From: an uncultured Eubacteriales bacterium
GTDB taxonomy: Bacteria > Bacillota > Clostridia > Oscillospirales > Acutalibacteraceae
Assembly (NCBI GenBank): GCA_900314795.1
Contig: OMWP01000001.1
Span: forward strand, 16,265-80,264
Reading direction: 5' to 3'
Length of the DNA stretch: 64,000 bases
Shown: in pieces, positions 22,347 to 33,347 of the stretch
Position numbering within the stretch: the first letter of the stretch is position 1
Layout: each line of letters starts with the position of its first letter
Translations under genes and position numbers: made by a program
Notes under the pieces: model-generated
Database searches by the model: none
Told to the model about the DNA's origin: nothing
The model's input: only the letters and a program-made list of their open reading frames with translations

Positions 22347-22991
22347 TCACATCAGCATCGCGCGCATTTTTAATAAGATCTTCTTCTCTCGGCGCGAGAT
22401 CTGCACCTGCGTGGTGCCGAGGGTGTCGGCGGTCTGCTGTTGGGTTTTGTGACAATAATACCGCTGGATGATCAGCATGCGTTCGTCATCACTCAGTGCG
22501 TTGATCACCTCGCGCAGGGAAAGGTGCTCGGTCAGTTTTTCCTCCGGCGAGGGCACGGGCACATCCACGCCGCCTGATTCCTCCTCTCCCGAAAGGGAGA
22601 GCACCGCCTTGGACGCGGACAACGCCTCGGTGGCCTGATACACATCGACCCCGAGTTGCTCCGCCAGTTCGGCGATCGAGATCTCGCTGTCGTGACCGGC
22701 GCGGTAGTTCTCACAGACCTTCTGCGCACGCATGCTCAGCTCCTGCAAAGAGCGCGACACCTTCACACTGCCGCCGGAGCGAAAAAGCTGTTTGATCTCG
22801 CCCAATATCACAGGCACGGCGTAAGTGGAGAGCCGAAAGCCCTTGCTTTGATCAAAGCGATCCACCGCCTTGATCAGCCCGACACAGCCTGCGGAATAGA
22901 GATCGTCATACTCGATCCCCTTGCCCGTAAAGCGATGGGCGCAGGCGTGCACCAACCGCAGGTTTTGTTCGATCAGCTCATTTCTGTCCAT
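22347..22991 (-). CDS. sigF: Sporulation RNA polymerase sigma factor (SigF-like)
   Basis: DDLYSAGCVGLIKAVDRFD, STYAVPVILGEIK, TQVQISRREK; third gene of the spoIIA operon. Confidence 0.85.
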   Translation of the reverse strand: MDRNELIEQNLRLVHACAHRFTGKGIEYDDLYSAGCVGLIKAVDRFDQSKGFRLSTYAVPVILGEIKQLFRSGGSVKVSRSLQELSMRAQKVCENYRAGHDSEISIAELAEQLGVDVYQATEALSASKAVLSLSGEEESGGVDVPVPSPEEKLTEHLSLREVINALSDDERMLIIQRYYCHKTQQQTADTLGTTQVQISRREKKILLKMRAMLM

Positions 22992-23421
22992 AGGCGGCGC
23001 GAATGAAATTCTTTTCGAGCGTAACGGTGGTGCCCTTGCCGACCGTCGAGCGCACCTTGACATTATCCATAAAGCTCTGCATCACCGCAAAGCCCAGTCC
23101 GGCGCGTTCATCGGTGGAGGTGGTATAGAGCGGCTCCATCGCCTGCTTGATGTCGGGGATGCCCACGCCCCTGTCGCGGATCTTGATGACGGCATGTCCC
23201 TTGTCGGTGAGCTTTGCCTCAATGGTGACGGTGCCGAAGGTATCGGGGTAGGCATGGACAACGGCGTTGGTGACCGCTTCACTCACGGCGGTCTTGACGT
23301 CGGCGATCTCGGCGACAGTCGGATCGAGCGGCAGTAAAAATGCCGCTACGGCGGAGCGCGCAAAGCTCTCGTTAGCGCTTTTGGAGATAAAGCTAAGCTT
23401 CATTTCATTGATCGTTTTCAT
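22978..23421 (-). CDS. spoIIAB: Anti-sigma F factor SpoIIAB
   Basis: NESFARSAVAAF, KTAVSEAVTNA, DRGVGI, RAGLGF. Confidence 0.95.
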   Translation of the reverse strand: MKTINEMKLSFISKSANESFARSAVAAFLLPLDPTVAEIADVKTAVSEAVTNAVVHAYPDTFGTVTIEAKLTDKGHAVIKIRDRGVGIPDIKQAMEPLYTTSTDERAGLGFAVMQSFMDNVKVRSTVGKGTTVTLEKNFIRAAYGQK

Positions 23422-23720
23422 TTCATCACCCCCAGGTTTTCCAGTCCTGACAAGACAAAGATCTTTTGCAGGTTGGGCGGCACGTTGACGACCTCCAGCT
23501 TGCCGCCGAGCAGCGAGATCATGCGGTAACGCCCCATAACAAGCCCGATGCCCGACGAGTCCATGAACCCGACCTTGCCGAAATCGAGCACCAGCCGCGA
23601 GGGGCGGCTGCGCTCACACTGCGCGTCGATATCGCCGCGGATCTGCGGCGCGATATGGTGGTCGATCTCGCCGTACAGCATGGCGGTGACCACCCCGTTT
23701 TTGTATGTAATATTGACCAT
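23418..23720 (-). CDS. spoIIAA: Anti-sigma F factor antagonist SpoIIAA (start 23720)
   Basis: GEIDHH, FMDSSGIGLVMGRYR STAS motif. Confidence 0.93.
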   Translation of the reverse strand: MVNITYKNGVVTAMLYGEIDHHIAPQIRGDIDAQCERSRPSRLVLDFGKVGFMDSSGIGLVMGRYRMISLLGGKLEVVNVPPNLQKIFVLSGLENLGVMK

Positions 23721-23804
23721 GTTTTCCTCCGAAGTAAACCAATTGAAAATGAACAGTAAATCAATTGAAAATGGACAGTGGAAGGTTGAAAATGAAGGAC
23801 GGGA

Positions 23805-23987
23805 TAGGGTGACAGGAATAATCCGAACCGTGGTTTTGACGGGCATATTTCCGCCTGCCCATTGTTAAAATCCTCGCGAACCCGTCAGGGTTCGCTGTGG
23901 GCAGGCTGGCGCCTGCCAAGATTGATAAGCCGAAAATTGCCGAAATATTGCCATTTTCAGCAGGTTCGGATTATTCCTGTCACCCTA
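23805..23987. mobile_element. MITE-like element with 25-bp TIR, copy 2 (inverted relative to copy 1)
   Basis: Same TIRs; interior matches the reverse complement of 16765-16945 except a 7-nt vs 9-nt patch. Confidence 0.85.
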
Positions 23988-24134
23988 ACCGCACCCATTC
24001 AATGAATCACTTTCCACTTTCAACTTTCAACTTTCCACTAAAAAAGCCTACCCTACTACTAATAGTAATAGGATAGGCTTAAAAATACTGTCATATTCTG
24101 TTGAGAGAGTTTTTTATTCGGTTGAGATTGCCAC

Positions 24135-24392
24135 AGCCTTCCCCTCGGGGGGAAGGTGGCTCGGCGCAAGCCGAGTCGGATGAGGGGCTGACTTATCCGA
24201 ACAATCATTTTATCAAAGAGTGCGAAACATTTCCTCGATCCTCGGTAAACAAACAGCCCCACCGAGTCCGACATCTATAGGAAGAGGAGTCCCCTCATCC
24301 GTCACCTTTGGCGACACCTTCTCCTCGCCGGAAGCGGCTCCCCCCTTGTCCTTCGGACATTCCCCCAACGGGGGCGCCCCGAGGGGAAGGCT
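24135..24392. repeat. REP/MITE-like element family A copy
   Basis: Closely similar to 19468-19725; sits just downstream of the folC stop. Confidence 0.85.
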
Positions 24393-24405
24393 TTTTTCAT
24401 GACCA

Positions 24406-25662
24406 TTATATGATATACGGTCGGATCTCGGACGCAAGGTAGAGCGAGCCGCAGACAAAGATATCGTCCCCATAGGAGAGCGCCTTATCATATGCCTCAC
24501 GAGGGCTTTCGATGACCTCGATGTCGTCGCTCACGCCGCCCAGTCGCCGTGCCAGATCAGCCGCGGGCAAGGCTCTGGGGTTGTCGATATCGGTCACGAT
24601 GATCCGCTTGAACAACCCATCGAGCAGGCGCAGCGAGGTGCTGTCCTTGTCGGCGAGGATACCGATGATCAGCGTCTTGTCGCCCTCGGCATAATAGGTG
24701 CGCACCGCCGTCGCGAATGCCTGTAACCCGTTGGGATTATGCGCGCCGTCAAGGATCACCGTAGGGTTCTCGCGCAGCTTTTCAAAACGCGCGGGATGGT
24801 GGGTTTGCTCTAAGCCGTCGCGAATGTTCTCGATCGTGATCTGCTTGCCGTGCTCCTTTTGCAGTACCTCGATGACCGCCAGCGCACAGCGCAGGTTGTC
24901 GATCTGGTGCGAGCCTAGCAGAGGCAGCCGCATCGGCAGTTCGCGGTAGACAAAGCGGGTGCCGTCACGATTCATCTCGGTAACGGTCAGGCGGATATCC
25001 TCGGCACGGTAGAGCGTGTTGTGCTCCCGACGCGCCTTTTCCTCGATCACAGCGAAGGCCTCACGCGGCTGAGGCGCGGTCACGGTAGTGCCGTAGCTCT
25101 TGATGATGCCCGCCTTTTGGTACGCGACCGCCTCGATGGTCTCGCCGAGGATAGCGGTATGGTCAAGGTCGATGCGCGTGATCACCGAGCACAATGGGAA
25201 CGGGATCAGGTTGGTGGAATCCAGCAGACCGCCCATGCCGACCTCACAGACGACGATGTCGCAGCCGAGCTTTTTGAAAAGGTAAAAGCTCAGCACGGTG
25301 ATGAACTCGAATTCCGTGATGACGGTGCCCTGCTCATTGAGCTTTTTGAGCTTCGGCTCCAAGAAGGTGACCGCCTCGGCGAGGGTATCCTTGTCGATCA
25401 TCTGATTGTTGATCTGGATGCGCTCGCGGAAATCGACGATATACGGCGAGGTGAACAGTCCGACCTTGTACCCAGCCTGCTGCAGAACGGAGCTGAGCAT
25501 GGCGCAGACAGAGCCTTTTCCGTTTGTGCCCGCGACATGGATGAAGGATTGTCCCAGCACCTCGGGCACGGTGCGAAAGAGCTTTTTGACGCGGTCAAGC
25601 CCGGGACGTGAGCCGAATTTGTCCAGTGAGTGGATAAATTGCAGGCTTTCTTCGTAGTTCAT
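24406..25662 (-). CDS. folC: Bifunctional folylpolyglutamate synthase / dihydrofolate synthase
   Basis: HVAGTNGKGS, FTSPY..FRERI, EVGMGGLLDSTN, DGAHNP, GSLYL. Confidence 0.95.
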   Translation of the reverse strand: MNYEESLQFIHSLDKFGSRPGLDRVKKLFRTVPEVLGQSFIHVAGTNGKGSVCAMLSSVLQQAGYKVGLFTSPYIVDFRERIQINNQMIDKDTLAEAVTFLEPKLKKLNEQGTVITEFEFITVLSFYLFKKLGCDIVVCEVGMGGLLDSTNLIPFPLCSVITRIDLDHTAILGETIEAVAYQKAGIIKSYGTTVTAPQPREAFAVIEEKARREHNTLYRAEDIRLTVTEMNRDGTRFVYRELPMRLPLLGSHQIDNLRCALAVIEVLQKEHGKQITIENIRDGLEQTHHPARFEKLRENPTVILDGAHNPNGLQAFATAVRTYYAEGDKTLIIGILADKDSTSLRLLDGLFKRIIVTDIDNPRALPAADLARRLGGVSDDIEVIESPREAYDKALSYGDDIFVCGSLYLASEIRPYII

Positions 25663-25681
25663 AGGTTCCTCCTTTATTTTT

Positions 25682-25900
25682 GCCTCCCTTTGGTAAAGGG
25701 AGGTGGGTCAAAACTTGTTTTGACTCGGAGGGATTGTATTAATCGCCAATTATCATGGCAACCTTTTTTATTCGTTACTCGCTTGCGCTCGTACAACTAT
25801 GCAATCCCTCACCCGCTCCCGCGGGAGCTCTCCTGTGTATGGGTGTTGTATCCCAAATCAATAGATTTGGACAACACCTCACCTTTACCAAAGGGAGCCT
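25682..25900. repeat. REP-like element, family A variant
   Basis: GCCTCCCTTTGGTAAAGGGAGGT ... GGAGGGATTG / CAATCCCTC ... CCTTTACCAAAGGGAGCC. Confidence 0.7.
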
Positions 25901-25904
25901 TTGT

Positions 25905-26729
25905 TCACATCAATTCCTTGTAGATATCATTCTTCTTGAGCCCTGCCATCGCCGCGGCTTGCTTGGCGGCTTCGGTGGGGCGCATGCCGCCGTCGATCAG
26001 CTTCTGCGCGTAGGCGACGGCGTCCGAGAGCGTGATCTCGGATTTTTCCTCCGTCTTTTTACCCTCTAACACAAGGACGATCTCACCCTTGAGTGAGCCG
26101 TCGGCATACTTATCCGCCGCTTCCTTGGTGGTGGTGCGGATGATCTCTTCATGCACCTTGGTCAGCTCACGCGCGATGGTGAGCTTGCGGTCGCCGAATG
26201 TGGCGTAAAAATCCTGCAGGGTATGGGCGAGCTTATGCGGCGCCTCGTAAAAGATCATGGTGCGGCGCTCGCCGAGCAGGCTCTCGAGGTGCTCCATGCG
26301 GCTCTTTTTGTTCACGGACAAAAAGCCCTCAAATGTGAAGCGCCCTGTCTCAAGCCCCGACACCGCCAGCGCGGAGATCACGGCGCTGGGGCCCGGTACG
26401 ACCACGGTCTTGACGCCCGCCTCTTCACACTGCTTGATCAGATCCTCGCCGGGATCGGAGATGCACGGCATGCCCGCGTCAGTGACGATCGCGCAGCTCT
26501 CACCCGCTAAGATGCGGTCGATGATCTTCTCGCCCTTCTCGTGTTTATTGTGCTCAAAATAGCTGATCATCGGCTTTTTGATACCGAAGTGATTCAGCAG
26601 CTTGACGGTCACGCGCGTATCCTCGGCGGCGATGAAATCCACCTCCTCGAGCGTTGCGACCGCACGGGGCGACAGATCGCCCATGTTGCCGATCGGCGTA
26701 CCGACGACATATAGTATATTATTACTCAT
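25905..26729 (-). CDS. rsmI: 16S rRNA (C1402) 2'-O-methyltransferase
   Basis: LYVVGTPIGN, AEDTRVT, DAGMPCISDPG, VPGPSA, YEAPHK, RELTKVHEE. Confidence 0.95.
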   Translation of the reverse strand: MSNNILYVVGTPIGNMGDLSPRAVATLEEVDFIAAEDTRVTVKLLNHFGIKKPMISYFEHNKHEKGEKIIDRILAGESCAIVTDAGMPCISDPGEDLIKQCEEAGVKTVVVPGPSAVISALAVSGLETGRFTFEGFLSVNKKSRMEHLESLLGERRTMIFYEAPHKLAHTLQDFYATFGDRKLTIARELTKVHEEIIRTTTKEAADKYADGSLKGEIVLVLEGKKTEEKSEITLSDAVAYAQKLIDGGMRPTEAAKQAAAMAGLKKNDIYKELM

Positions 26730-26803
26730 AGCTTGCCTTTCTTGCAATCCGTATTATAAAGAACCCTTCGGCTCTGCGAGCCACCTCCCTTAGGAAAGGG
26801 AGA

Positions 26804-27553
26804 CTAATCATGATGTTCCTTATAGCTTCCGTAGATTTCTCTCATTTCGGGGGTAAAGCCGTTTTCATCCTCGATGATCAGCGCGGGCAGTACGTCCATA
26901 TAGCCCGGCTTTGCGCCCCGCTTTGCCTCGCACAAAAAGAGCTTGGGCGCTTTACCGGCCCTGCCCTGCACCATGCGCAGGCGTTTTGGCTCCATGCCGT
27001 GGGCACGCATTGTCGCGAGAACATCCGTCAGGCGTTCGGGACGCTGGCATAGGACAAACCGTCCGCCGAAGCGGAGCAGTCGGCTTGCCGCCGCACATAT
27101 ATCATCAAGCGTGCATTCCGTCTCATGCAGGGCGATCTTCTTCGCGCTGTCGGGGCTGACGATCCCCGAACCGCCGAGCTTGTACGGCGGATTGCAGATA
27201 ACGAGATCGCTCTCGCCCGCGGGCATATGCGCGGGGATTGCTCTAATATCTTCCAAAACAGGGCGAATGAGTGCCGCGCGCTCGATTCCGTTATCCGTAT
27301 TGCGGCGAATACTGTTCTTTAGCAGGTCGATCGCCTCGGGCTGGATATCAACGGCGGTGATCTCCCGCGGCGCGGTATCGCGAATCAGCAGCAGGGGGAT
27401 CGTGCCGCAGCCGGTGCCGAGCTCTACGATCCTGTCGCCGTTTTTCGGCGCGGCAAAATGCGCCAAGAGTATCGTATCGGTCGAGAAATGATGGGCGTCG
27501 GTGACATAGACTTCCACACCGTTACCCAACGGTTCCAAGCGCATTTGAATCAC
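26804..27553 (-). CDS. tRNA1(Val) A37 N6-methyltransferase-like (TrmN6/YabB family)
   Basis: FSTDTILLA, ELGTGCG, CNPPY motifs; upstream of rsmI. Confidence 0.85.
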   Translation of the reverse strand: MIQMRLEPLGNGVEVYVTDAHHFSTDTILLAHFAAPKNGDRIVELGTGCGTIPLLLIRDTAPREITAVDIQPEAIDLLKNSIRRNTDNGIERAALIRPVLEDIRAIPAHMPAGESDLVICNPPYKLGGSGIVSPDSAKKIALHETECTLDDICAAASRLLRFGGRFVLCQRPERLTDVLATMRAHGMEPKRLRMVQGRAGKAPKLFLCEAKRGAKPGYMDVLPALIIEDENGFTPEMREIYGSYKEHHD

Positions 27554-27562
27554 CCCTCTTGA

Positions 27563-27800
27563 TAGTGGAAAGTTGACAGTGGAAAATGGAAAGTTAACGG
27601 CGGGCGCTTTTCTAGTGGAAAGTTGACAGTGGAAAATGGAAAAGTGATGGCGGGCACTGCCCGCACCTGATCATATTCGGGAGGAGCGAGCCCCTCCCCT
27701 ACAAGTAACGGAACGATCGACTATCACTTTCAACTTTCCACTTTCCACTTTCCATTTTCAACTTCTTACTTTCCACTTTCCACTGTCAACTGTCAACTTA
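27563..27800. repeat. Inverted heptamer cassette (AGTGGAA/AGTTGAC ... TTTCCAC/TGTCAAC) around REP hairpins
   Basis: Left block duplicated (27563 and 27613); right block 27725-27797; centre ggcgggcactgcccgcacc and cgggaggagcgagcccctcccctac. Confidence 0.8.
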
Positions 27801-27880
27801 TATATTACCATACATAGATCGCGTTGTAAACGGCAAAAAAATAACCGAGGCACAAAGCCTCGGTCGTTTCTTAAGTTCGA

Positions 27881-28051
27881 TTACTCTGCAGCAGGAGCGC
27901 CTACGGGGCAAGCATCTGCGCAAGAACCGCAATCGATGCAAGCGTCAGCGTCGATAACATACTTACCGTCGCCCTCGGAGATAGCGTTTACGGGGCACTG
28001 GTCAGCACAAGCACCGCAAGAGATGCAATCGTCAGAAATCTTATAAGCCAT
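27881..28051 (-). CDS. fdx: 2[4Fe-4S] clostridial-type ferredoxin
   Basis: MAYKISDDCISCGACADQCPVNAIS...CIDCGSCADACPVGAP; AAGGAGG RBS. Confidence 0.97.
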   Translation of the reverse strand: MAYKISDDCISCGACADQCPVNAISEGDGKYVIDADACIDCGSCADACPVGAPAAE

Positions 28052-28145
28052 GAAATTGACCTCCTTGTTTTTATTGACTACATTGTAGCACATCGAATAA
28101 AAAAATCAAGGTTTTCAGCCGAAAATTAGCGGCGCCTAACCAAAT

Positions 28146-29111
28146 TTACCTTAAGCTATCGCCGTGAGAATTCTCGTTTTCCGCCTCATACATTTTCTTG
28201 AGATCCTCCAGATCATACGGCGTCTGCTGATACAAATAATAGTTCAGCCAGTTGGAATACAGGAGGGACGCGTGGGAGCGCCATGTCATCACAGGCTTGC
28301 GGTTGACGTTGTTCTCGGGGAAGTAGTTATACGGCATGCCGATCTTGATGCCCTTCTCCACGTCGCGGTAATACTCCTTGGCGAGGGTATCATAATCATA
28401 TTCGCAGTGACCGAGCAGATAGAACTCCCTGCCGTTTTTGGAGCAGATGATCGCGACGCCCGCCTTCTTGGAGGTCGCCAGGATCTCCAGCTGAGGCACC
28501 TTCTCAATATCCTCGGTGCGGATGCCCGTATAGCGCGAGTGCGGGATCAGGAAATAATCGTCAAAGCCGCGCATCAAAGGATGCTTGGGGTTGAGGATCA
28601 TGTGATTATAGATGCCGAAGAGCTTCTTAGGCAAATCGACCTTGTCGATACCGTAGCGATAGTAAAGCCCCGCCTGAGCGCCCCAGCAGATGAACATCGT
28701 GGAATAAACGTGCTTCTTTGCCCATTCAAAGACCTCGCACAGCTCATCCCAGTAGTCGACCTCCTCAAAGGGCATTTGCTCCACGGGAGCACCGGTGACG
28801 ATCATGCCGTCAAAGCGTTCGTCACGGATCTCGTCGAGGGTCTTGTAGAACTTCATCAGGTGCTTTTCGCTGGTGTTCTTCGATTTATGGCTCGCCATCT
28901 GCAGCAGCTCCACATCCACCTGCAACGGTGAATTACCGAGCAGACGCATGAGCTGGGTCTCGGTCGTGATCTTGGTGGGCATGAGGTTCAGGATGACGAT
29001 TTTGAGCGGTCGGATATCCTGCGTCATCGCGCGATCTTCCTGCATGACAAAGATATTCTCGCTCTCGAGAATTTGCGTGGCAGGCAGACCATTGGGTATT
29101 TTGATCGGCAT
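28146..29111 (-). CDS. metA: Homoserine O-acyltransferase (MetA family)
   Basis: [43 protein letters not shown]. Confidence 0.95.
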   Translation of the reverse strand: MPIKIPNGLPATQILESENIFVMQEDRAMTQDIRPLKIVILNLMPTKITTETQLMRLLGNSPLQVDVELLQMASHKSKNTSEKHLMKFYKTLDEIRDERFDGMIVTGAPVEQMPFEEVDYWDELCEVFEWAKKHVYSTMFICWGAQAGLYYRYGIDKVDLPKKLFGIYNHMILNPKHPLMRGFDDYFLIPHSRYTGIRTEDIEKVPQLEILATSKKAGVAIICSKNGREFYLLGHCEYDYDTLAKEYYRDVEKGIKIGMPYNYFPENNVNRKPVMTWRSHASLLYSNWLNYYLYQQTPYDLEDLKKMYEAENENSHGDSLR

Positions 29112-29337
29112 ATTACCGCTCCTTTCGTAGTTTAGTGGTCAGTGGTTAGTGATCAGTGATCAGTAACGAAATATAAATCGGGTGCGGGCAGAGCAGTGGC
29201 GCTTAGGGTGACAGGCTTTGCCTGTTCCCCTTGCGCTGTTGCTTGGGAGTTGTTACCCAAATCAAAGATTTGGACAACTCCTCAAGCCCGCCGTCAACTG
29301 TTCACTGATAACTGTTCACTGATTTGCCCAAGGCAAA

Positions 29338-30777
29338 TCAATATTGCTTTCCCCAGTACACCATGTGCTTGGCGGGCTTGCCGCAGCAGGCGCAGACGTC
29401 GCCGAGGTTCTCTTCCTCGAAGGGGATACAGCGGGATTTTACGCCGCCGGTAACATCCTTGATCTTGTCTTCACATGCGCTGTCGCCGCACCACATCGCT
29501 TTGATAAAGCCGGGCTTGTTCTTCGCGATGTCGACGAACTCGTCAAAGTTATGGGCGACATGGGTCTTTTCTTTCATGTTCTCGAGCGCGCGGTTGTACA
29601 TATCGTCGTGAATCTGTGTGAGCAGATCGGCGATCGTCTGCTCGAGGTTATCGAGCGAGACAAAGAGCTTTTCTCTGGTATCGCGGCGCACCAGTACACA
29701 CTGGTTCTTCTCAATATCCTTGGGGCCGATCTCCAGACGGACGGGCACGCCCTTCATCTCATACTGGGCGAACTTCCAGCCGGGGCTCTGGTCGGAATCA
29801 TCGAGCTTTACGCGGAATTTTGTCTTTAATGCTTCATACAGCGCATTCGCCTTATCGAGTACGCCCTCCTTGTGCTGGGCGATCGGGATGATCGCGAGCT
29901 GGATGGGAGCGACCTTGGGCGGCAGTACCAGACCGTCGTCATCGGAGTGCACCATGATCAGCGCGCCGATCATGCGGGTGGAGGTGCCCCATGAGGTCTG
30001 GTGCGGATGATGGAGCTTGTTATCTCTGCCGGTGTAGGTGATGTCAAACGCCTTGGCAAAGCCGTCGCCGAAATAATGCGAGGTACCGCCCTGCAGCGCG
30101 ACGCCGTTGTGCATCATCGGCTCGATGGTGTAGGTCTCCTTAGCGCCGGCAAAACGCTCCTTGGGGGTCTTCTCACCGACGACCGCGGGGATCGCGAGGG
30201 TCTCTTTATAGAAATCCGCATAGACCTTGAGCATTCTCAGGGTCTCTTCACGCGCCTCTTCCTCGGTCTCATGCAGGGTGTGACCCTCCTGCCAGAGGAA
30301 CTCACTGGTGCGCAGGAACGGACGGGTGGTCTTCTCCCATCTAACGACGGAGCACCACTGGTTATAGAGCTTGGGCAGGTCGCGGTAGGTGTTGACGATC
30401 TTGGCGTAATGCTCGCAGAAGAGCGTCTCGGAGGTCGGGCGCACACACAGTCTCTCAGTCAGCTTTTCGCTGCCGCCGACCGTGACCCACGCGCATTCGG
30501 GCGCGAAGCCCTCGACATGATCCTTCTCCTTTTCGAGCAGGCTCTCGGGGATGAACATCGGCATATAGACGTTCTCGTGACCGGTCTCCTTGAAACGACG
30601 ATCCATATCGTTGCGCATATTCTCCCAGATCGCGAAGCCGTAGGGTCGGATGACCATACAGCCCTTGACGTTAGAGTAATCTACCAGCTCCGCCTTCTTG
30701 ACGATGTCGGTATACCATTTTGCAAAATCCTCGTCGCGGCTCGTGATCGCCTCGACCATTTTCTTATTCTGAGCCAT
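29338..30777 (-). CDS. proS: Proline--tRNA ligase (eukaryote/archaea-like type)
   Basis: [46 protein letters not shown]. Confidence 0.97.
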   Translation of the reverse strand: MAQNKKMVEAITSRDEDFAKWYTDIVKKAELVDYSNVKGCMVIRPYGFAIWENMRNDMDRRFKETGHENVYMPMFIPESLLEKEKDHVEGFAPECAWVTVGGSEKLTERLCVRPTSETLFCEHYAKIVNTYRDLPKLYNQWCSVVRWEKTTRPFLRTSEFLWQEGHTLHETEEEAREETLRMLKVYADFYKETLAIPAVVGEKTPKERFAGAKETYTIEPMMHNGVALQGGTSHYFGDGFAKAFDITYTGRDNKLHHPHQTSWGTSTRMIGALIMVHSDDDGLVLPPKVAPIQLAIIPIAQHKEGVLDKANALYEALKTKFRVKLDDSDQSPGWKFAQYEMKGVPVRLEIGPKDIEKNQCVLVRRDTREKLFVSLDNLEQTIADLLTQIHDDMYNRALENMKEKTHVAHNFDEFVDIAKNKPGFIKAMWCGDSACEDKIKDVTGGVKSRCIPFEEENLGDVCACCGKPAKHMVYWGKQY

Positions 30778-31306
30778 TGTTTTCCTCCATAGCATAGTAA
30801 TCGTTAACAGCTGTTAATGTAGGGGGTGGGGCAAGACTCACCCGTTCGCGAAACGGAATGCTGCAAATATCAGTTGATAATCCAAACGAGCATACCCGCA
30901 ATTTCACAAAGATATCTTCACACATCAAACTGATGTGTCGTCGGGAGGGTCAAGACCCTCCCCTACAATAATGCCTAATCAAAATAATTATACTATCAAT
31001 CGGCGGTTTTGACAAGTGCCAAACTGCGCCAACCCGATACGGAAAGCCCGATAAAATTGGTTATTTTGCGCAAATCGGGCGCGTGTGCCGCCCATGTAGC
31101 TTGATCTCTCATGGGAAACCTTCGTGGAATTCATATCGCAATAATAAGGTTGAGATGCCGCGGCGTTGAAACAAGGTTGAGATTGCCACACCCCTAAAGG
31201 GGCTCGCAATGACATTGATAGCGCAAAAAAATAAGGCGGCATAAAGCCGCCTTCATCTTTTGTCAGTCGGAGGATCAAACACGCGTGTCGCTCCTCCCCT
31301 ACAAAA

Positions 31307-31534
31307 TCAGGTTTTCGATTCGATGTAATTGACAAGATCAGCTACAGTGCGAATGTTCTCGATCTCCTCGTCGGGGATCTCGATCTCAAACTCGTCCTCG
31401 ATGGACATCAGCAGGTCTACAACATCAAGAGAATCCGCGCCTAAATCATCCTGCAGGTCAGTCTCGGGCTTGATAGAATCCTCTTCAACGTCGAACTGTC
31501 CGGCAAGGATAACCTTAATCTTTTCTAATACCAT
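31307..31534 (-). CDS. acpP: Acyl carrier protein
   Basis: DLGADSLDVVDL phosphopantetheine motif. Confidence 0.97.
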   Translation of the reverse strand: MVLEKIKVILAGQFDVEEDSIKPETDLQDDLGADSLDVVDLLMSIEDEFEIEIPDEEIENIRTVADLVNYIESKT

Positions 31535-31844
31535 TGTGTCTCCTCCTAATTTGAATAAGCGTATGATTCGGTGATCTACGAAATAATAAACCTCTCAAAA
31601 CATCGGCGATCACCCACGAAAACATCATGCTGTTTCCGTATTACATCACCATATTATTAGTAATATCGCACTTTGTCAAGGATTATGTCAATTTTTTAAC
31701 CGTTAGTGCTGATTGGGAATTAAGAAGCGTATATTTTGTGTCAATTCTGACAGGTTGTAACTATATTTAGCGCATGCATGCTCCGACAAGTAGTAGTGTT
31801 AAGTCAATCACAACCTTTTCCTGTTCTCGGAAAACAACTCCTCA

Positions 31845-33347
31845 CTAAACAATGATCCCACTCTGCGTTTTAAGAAAGTCCATGACCTTCTGCTCGATGA
31901 TCTTGACGCCGCCCTCAGCGTCGCTCTCGATGTTCAGCGGCAGGATCGGATCGTGCACCGATAAGCGGAGCAGGAACCAGCCGTCGCCGCCGTCCTTATC
32001 AAAGCTGACGCGGATGCCCTCGCGGTTATCGGGCGCGATGTGCCAGTCGGGCTGACCCTCTGCAAACTTCTCCAGCGCATCGATCACGCGCTGACCGGTG
32101 GTCTTAAAATCCCTGTCGGTGATCTTGATGCGGATCTCCTTTTCTTCGACAGGCTCCTTTAAGTCGGCAAGCAGGTTGTCGAGGCTCTCGCCCTTTTGAC
32201 GCAGCTGCGCCGCCTTGATGATGATCTTGGTGCACAGGTACGCGCCGTCGTCAAGATAGTAGTTCTCCTCCATTGCGGCATGACCCGAGGTCTCGATCGC
32301 GAGGGGGGCGGAAATGCCCTGTTCCTTGAGCTCGATCGCCTTATTGATGACGTTTTTATAGCCGCGACGATAGCGATAATGCTTGCCGCCGAGGTGCTTT
32401 TCGATGAATTCGTTCAGACCCGTGGAGGTGATGGAATCGGTCACCACCGTGCCGCCGGGGTTGTTCTCGAGCGCCAGACACGCCGCCAGCGCCACCAGAC
32501 GGTTGCGGTTGATCTCCTTGCCGTATTGATCGACCGCGCCGCCGCGGTCAACGTCGGTGTCGAAGATCACGCCGAGGTCGGCTTTACTCTCCAAAACCGC
32601 CTCACAGATGGACGCCATCGCCTGCTCGTTCTCGGGATTGGGAACGTGATTCGGGAACATGCCGTCGGGGTCGAGATAGCGCGAACCGCTCGTATCGGCG
32701 CCCAGCGGCTCCAGTACCGACGCGGCGTAGAAGCCCCCCGCACCGTTGCCCGCGTCCACCACGATGTGGAAGCCCTTCAGCGGCAGGTCATATTCCTCGG
32801 CGTTGACCTCACGCTTGATCAGCTCGCGCAGGTGCGCGGAGTAGTTCTCCATATAATTGATCGGGGACACGGTGCCGCCCATCGCCTTTTCGGGCTGATC
32901 GCCGTCCTGGGCATGCTGTAGGATCGCCTCGATATCGGGCGCGTCCAGACCGCCGTCACGGGTGAAGAATTTCAGACCGTTGCGGTTGAACGGATGGTGC
33001 GAAGCGGTGATCTGCACCGCCGCGTCACAGCCGAGATCGACGGTCGTCATGAACATAGAAGGGGTCGACGACAAGCCGCAGTCATAGACCTTCACGCCCG
33101 CTCGAGCCAGTCGGCGGATCACGATGTCGGCGATATGCTCGCCTGAGATACGGCAGTCACGGCCGACCGAGACCGTCAGCTGAGCGGCGGGCTTGCCGAG
33201 CTTCTGCTCCGCCCAGAGGATGAAACCGTCTGCCATTGCGGACAAGATATCATCGGTGAGATTAACAGGTTCATCCGCCACACCCTCGCTCGCGATGCCG
33301 CGGATATCGGTGCCGCTTTTGAATATTCTAAAGGTATCGTTTAACAT
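31845..33347 (-). CDS. Phosphomannomutase/phosphoglucomutase
   Basis: GTDIRG, ITASHH, DTDVDRG, ETSGH, RLSVHDP. Confidence 0.92.
   Translation of the reverse strand: MLNDTFRIFKSGTDIRGIASEGVADEPVNLTDDILSAMADGFILWAEQKLGKPAAQLTVSVGRDCRISGEHIADIVIRRLARAGVKVYDCGLSSTPSMFMTTVDLGCDAAVQITASHHPFNRNGLKFFTRDGGLDAPDIEAILQHAQDGDQPEKAMGGTVSPINYMENYSAHLRELIKREVNAEEYDLPLKGFHIVVDAGNGAGGFYAASVLEPLGADTSGSRYLDPDGMFPNHVPNPENEQAMASICEAVLESKADLGVIFDTDVDRGGAVDQYGKEINRNRLVALAACLALENNPGGTVVTDSITSTGLNEFIEKHLGGKHYRYRRGYKNVINKAIELKEQGISAPLAIETSGHAAMEENYYLDDGAYLCTKIIIKAAQLRQKGESLDNLLADLKEPVEEKEIRIKITDRDFKTTGQRVIDALEKFAEGQPDWHIAPDNREGIRVSFDKDGGDGWFLLRLSVHDPILPLNIESDAEGGVKIIEQKVMDFLKTQSGIIV

Noticed and set aside
30800-31300. 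T-box leader upstream of proS
   Set aside because: No T-box GGTGGxACC consensus seen; the region is filled with REP units.
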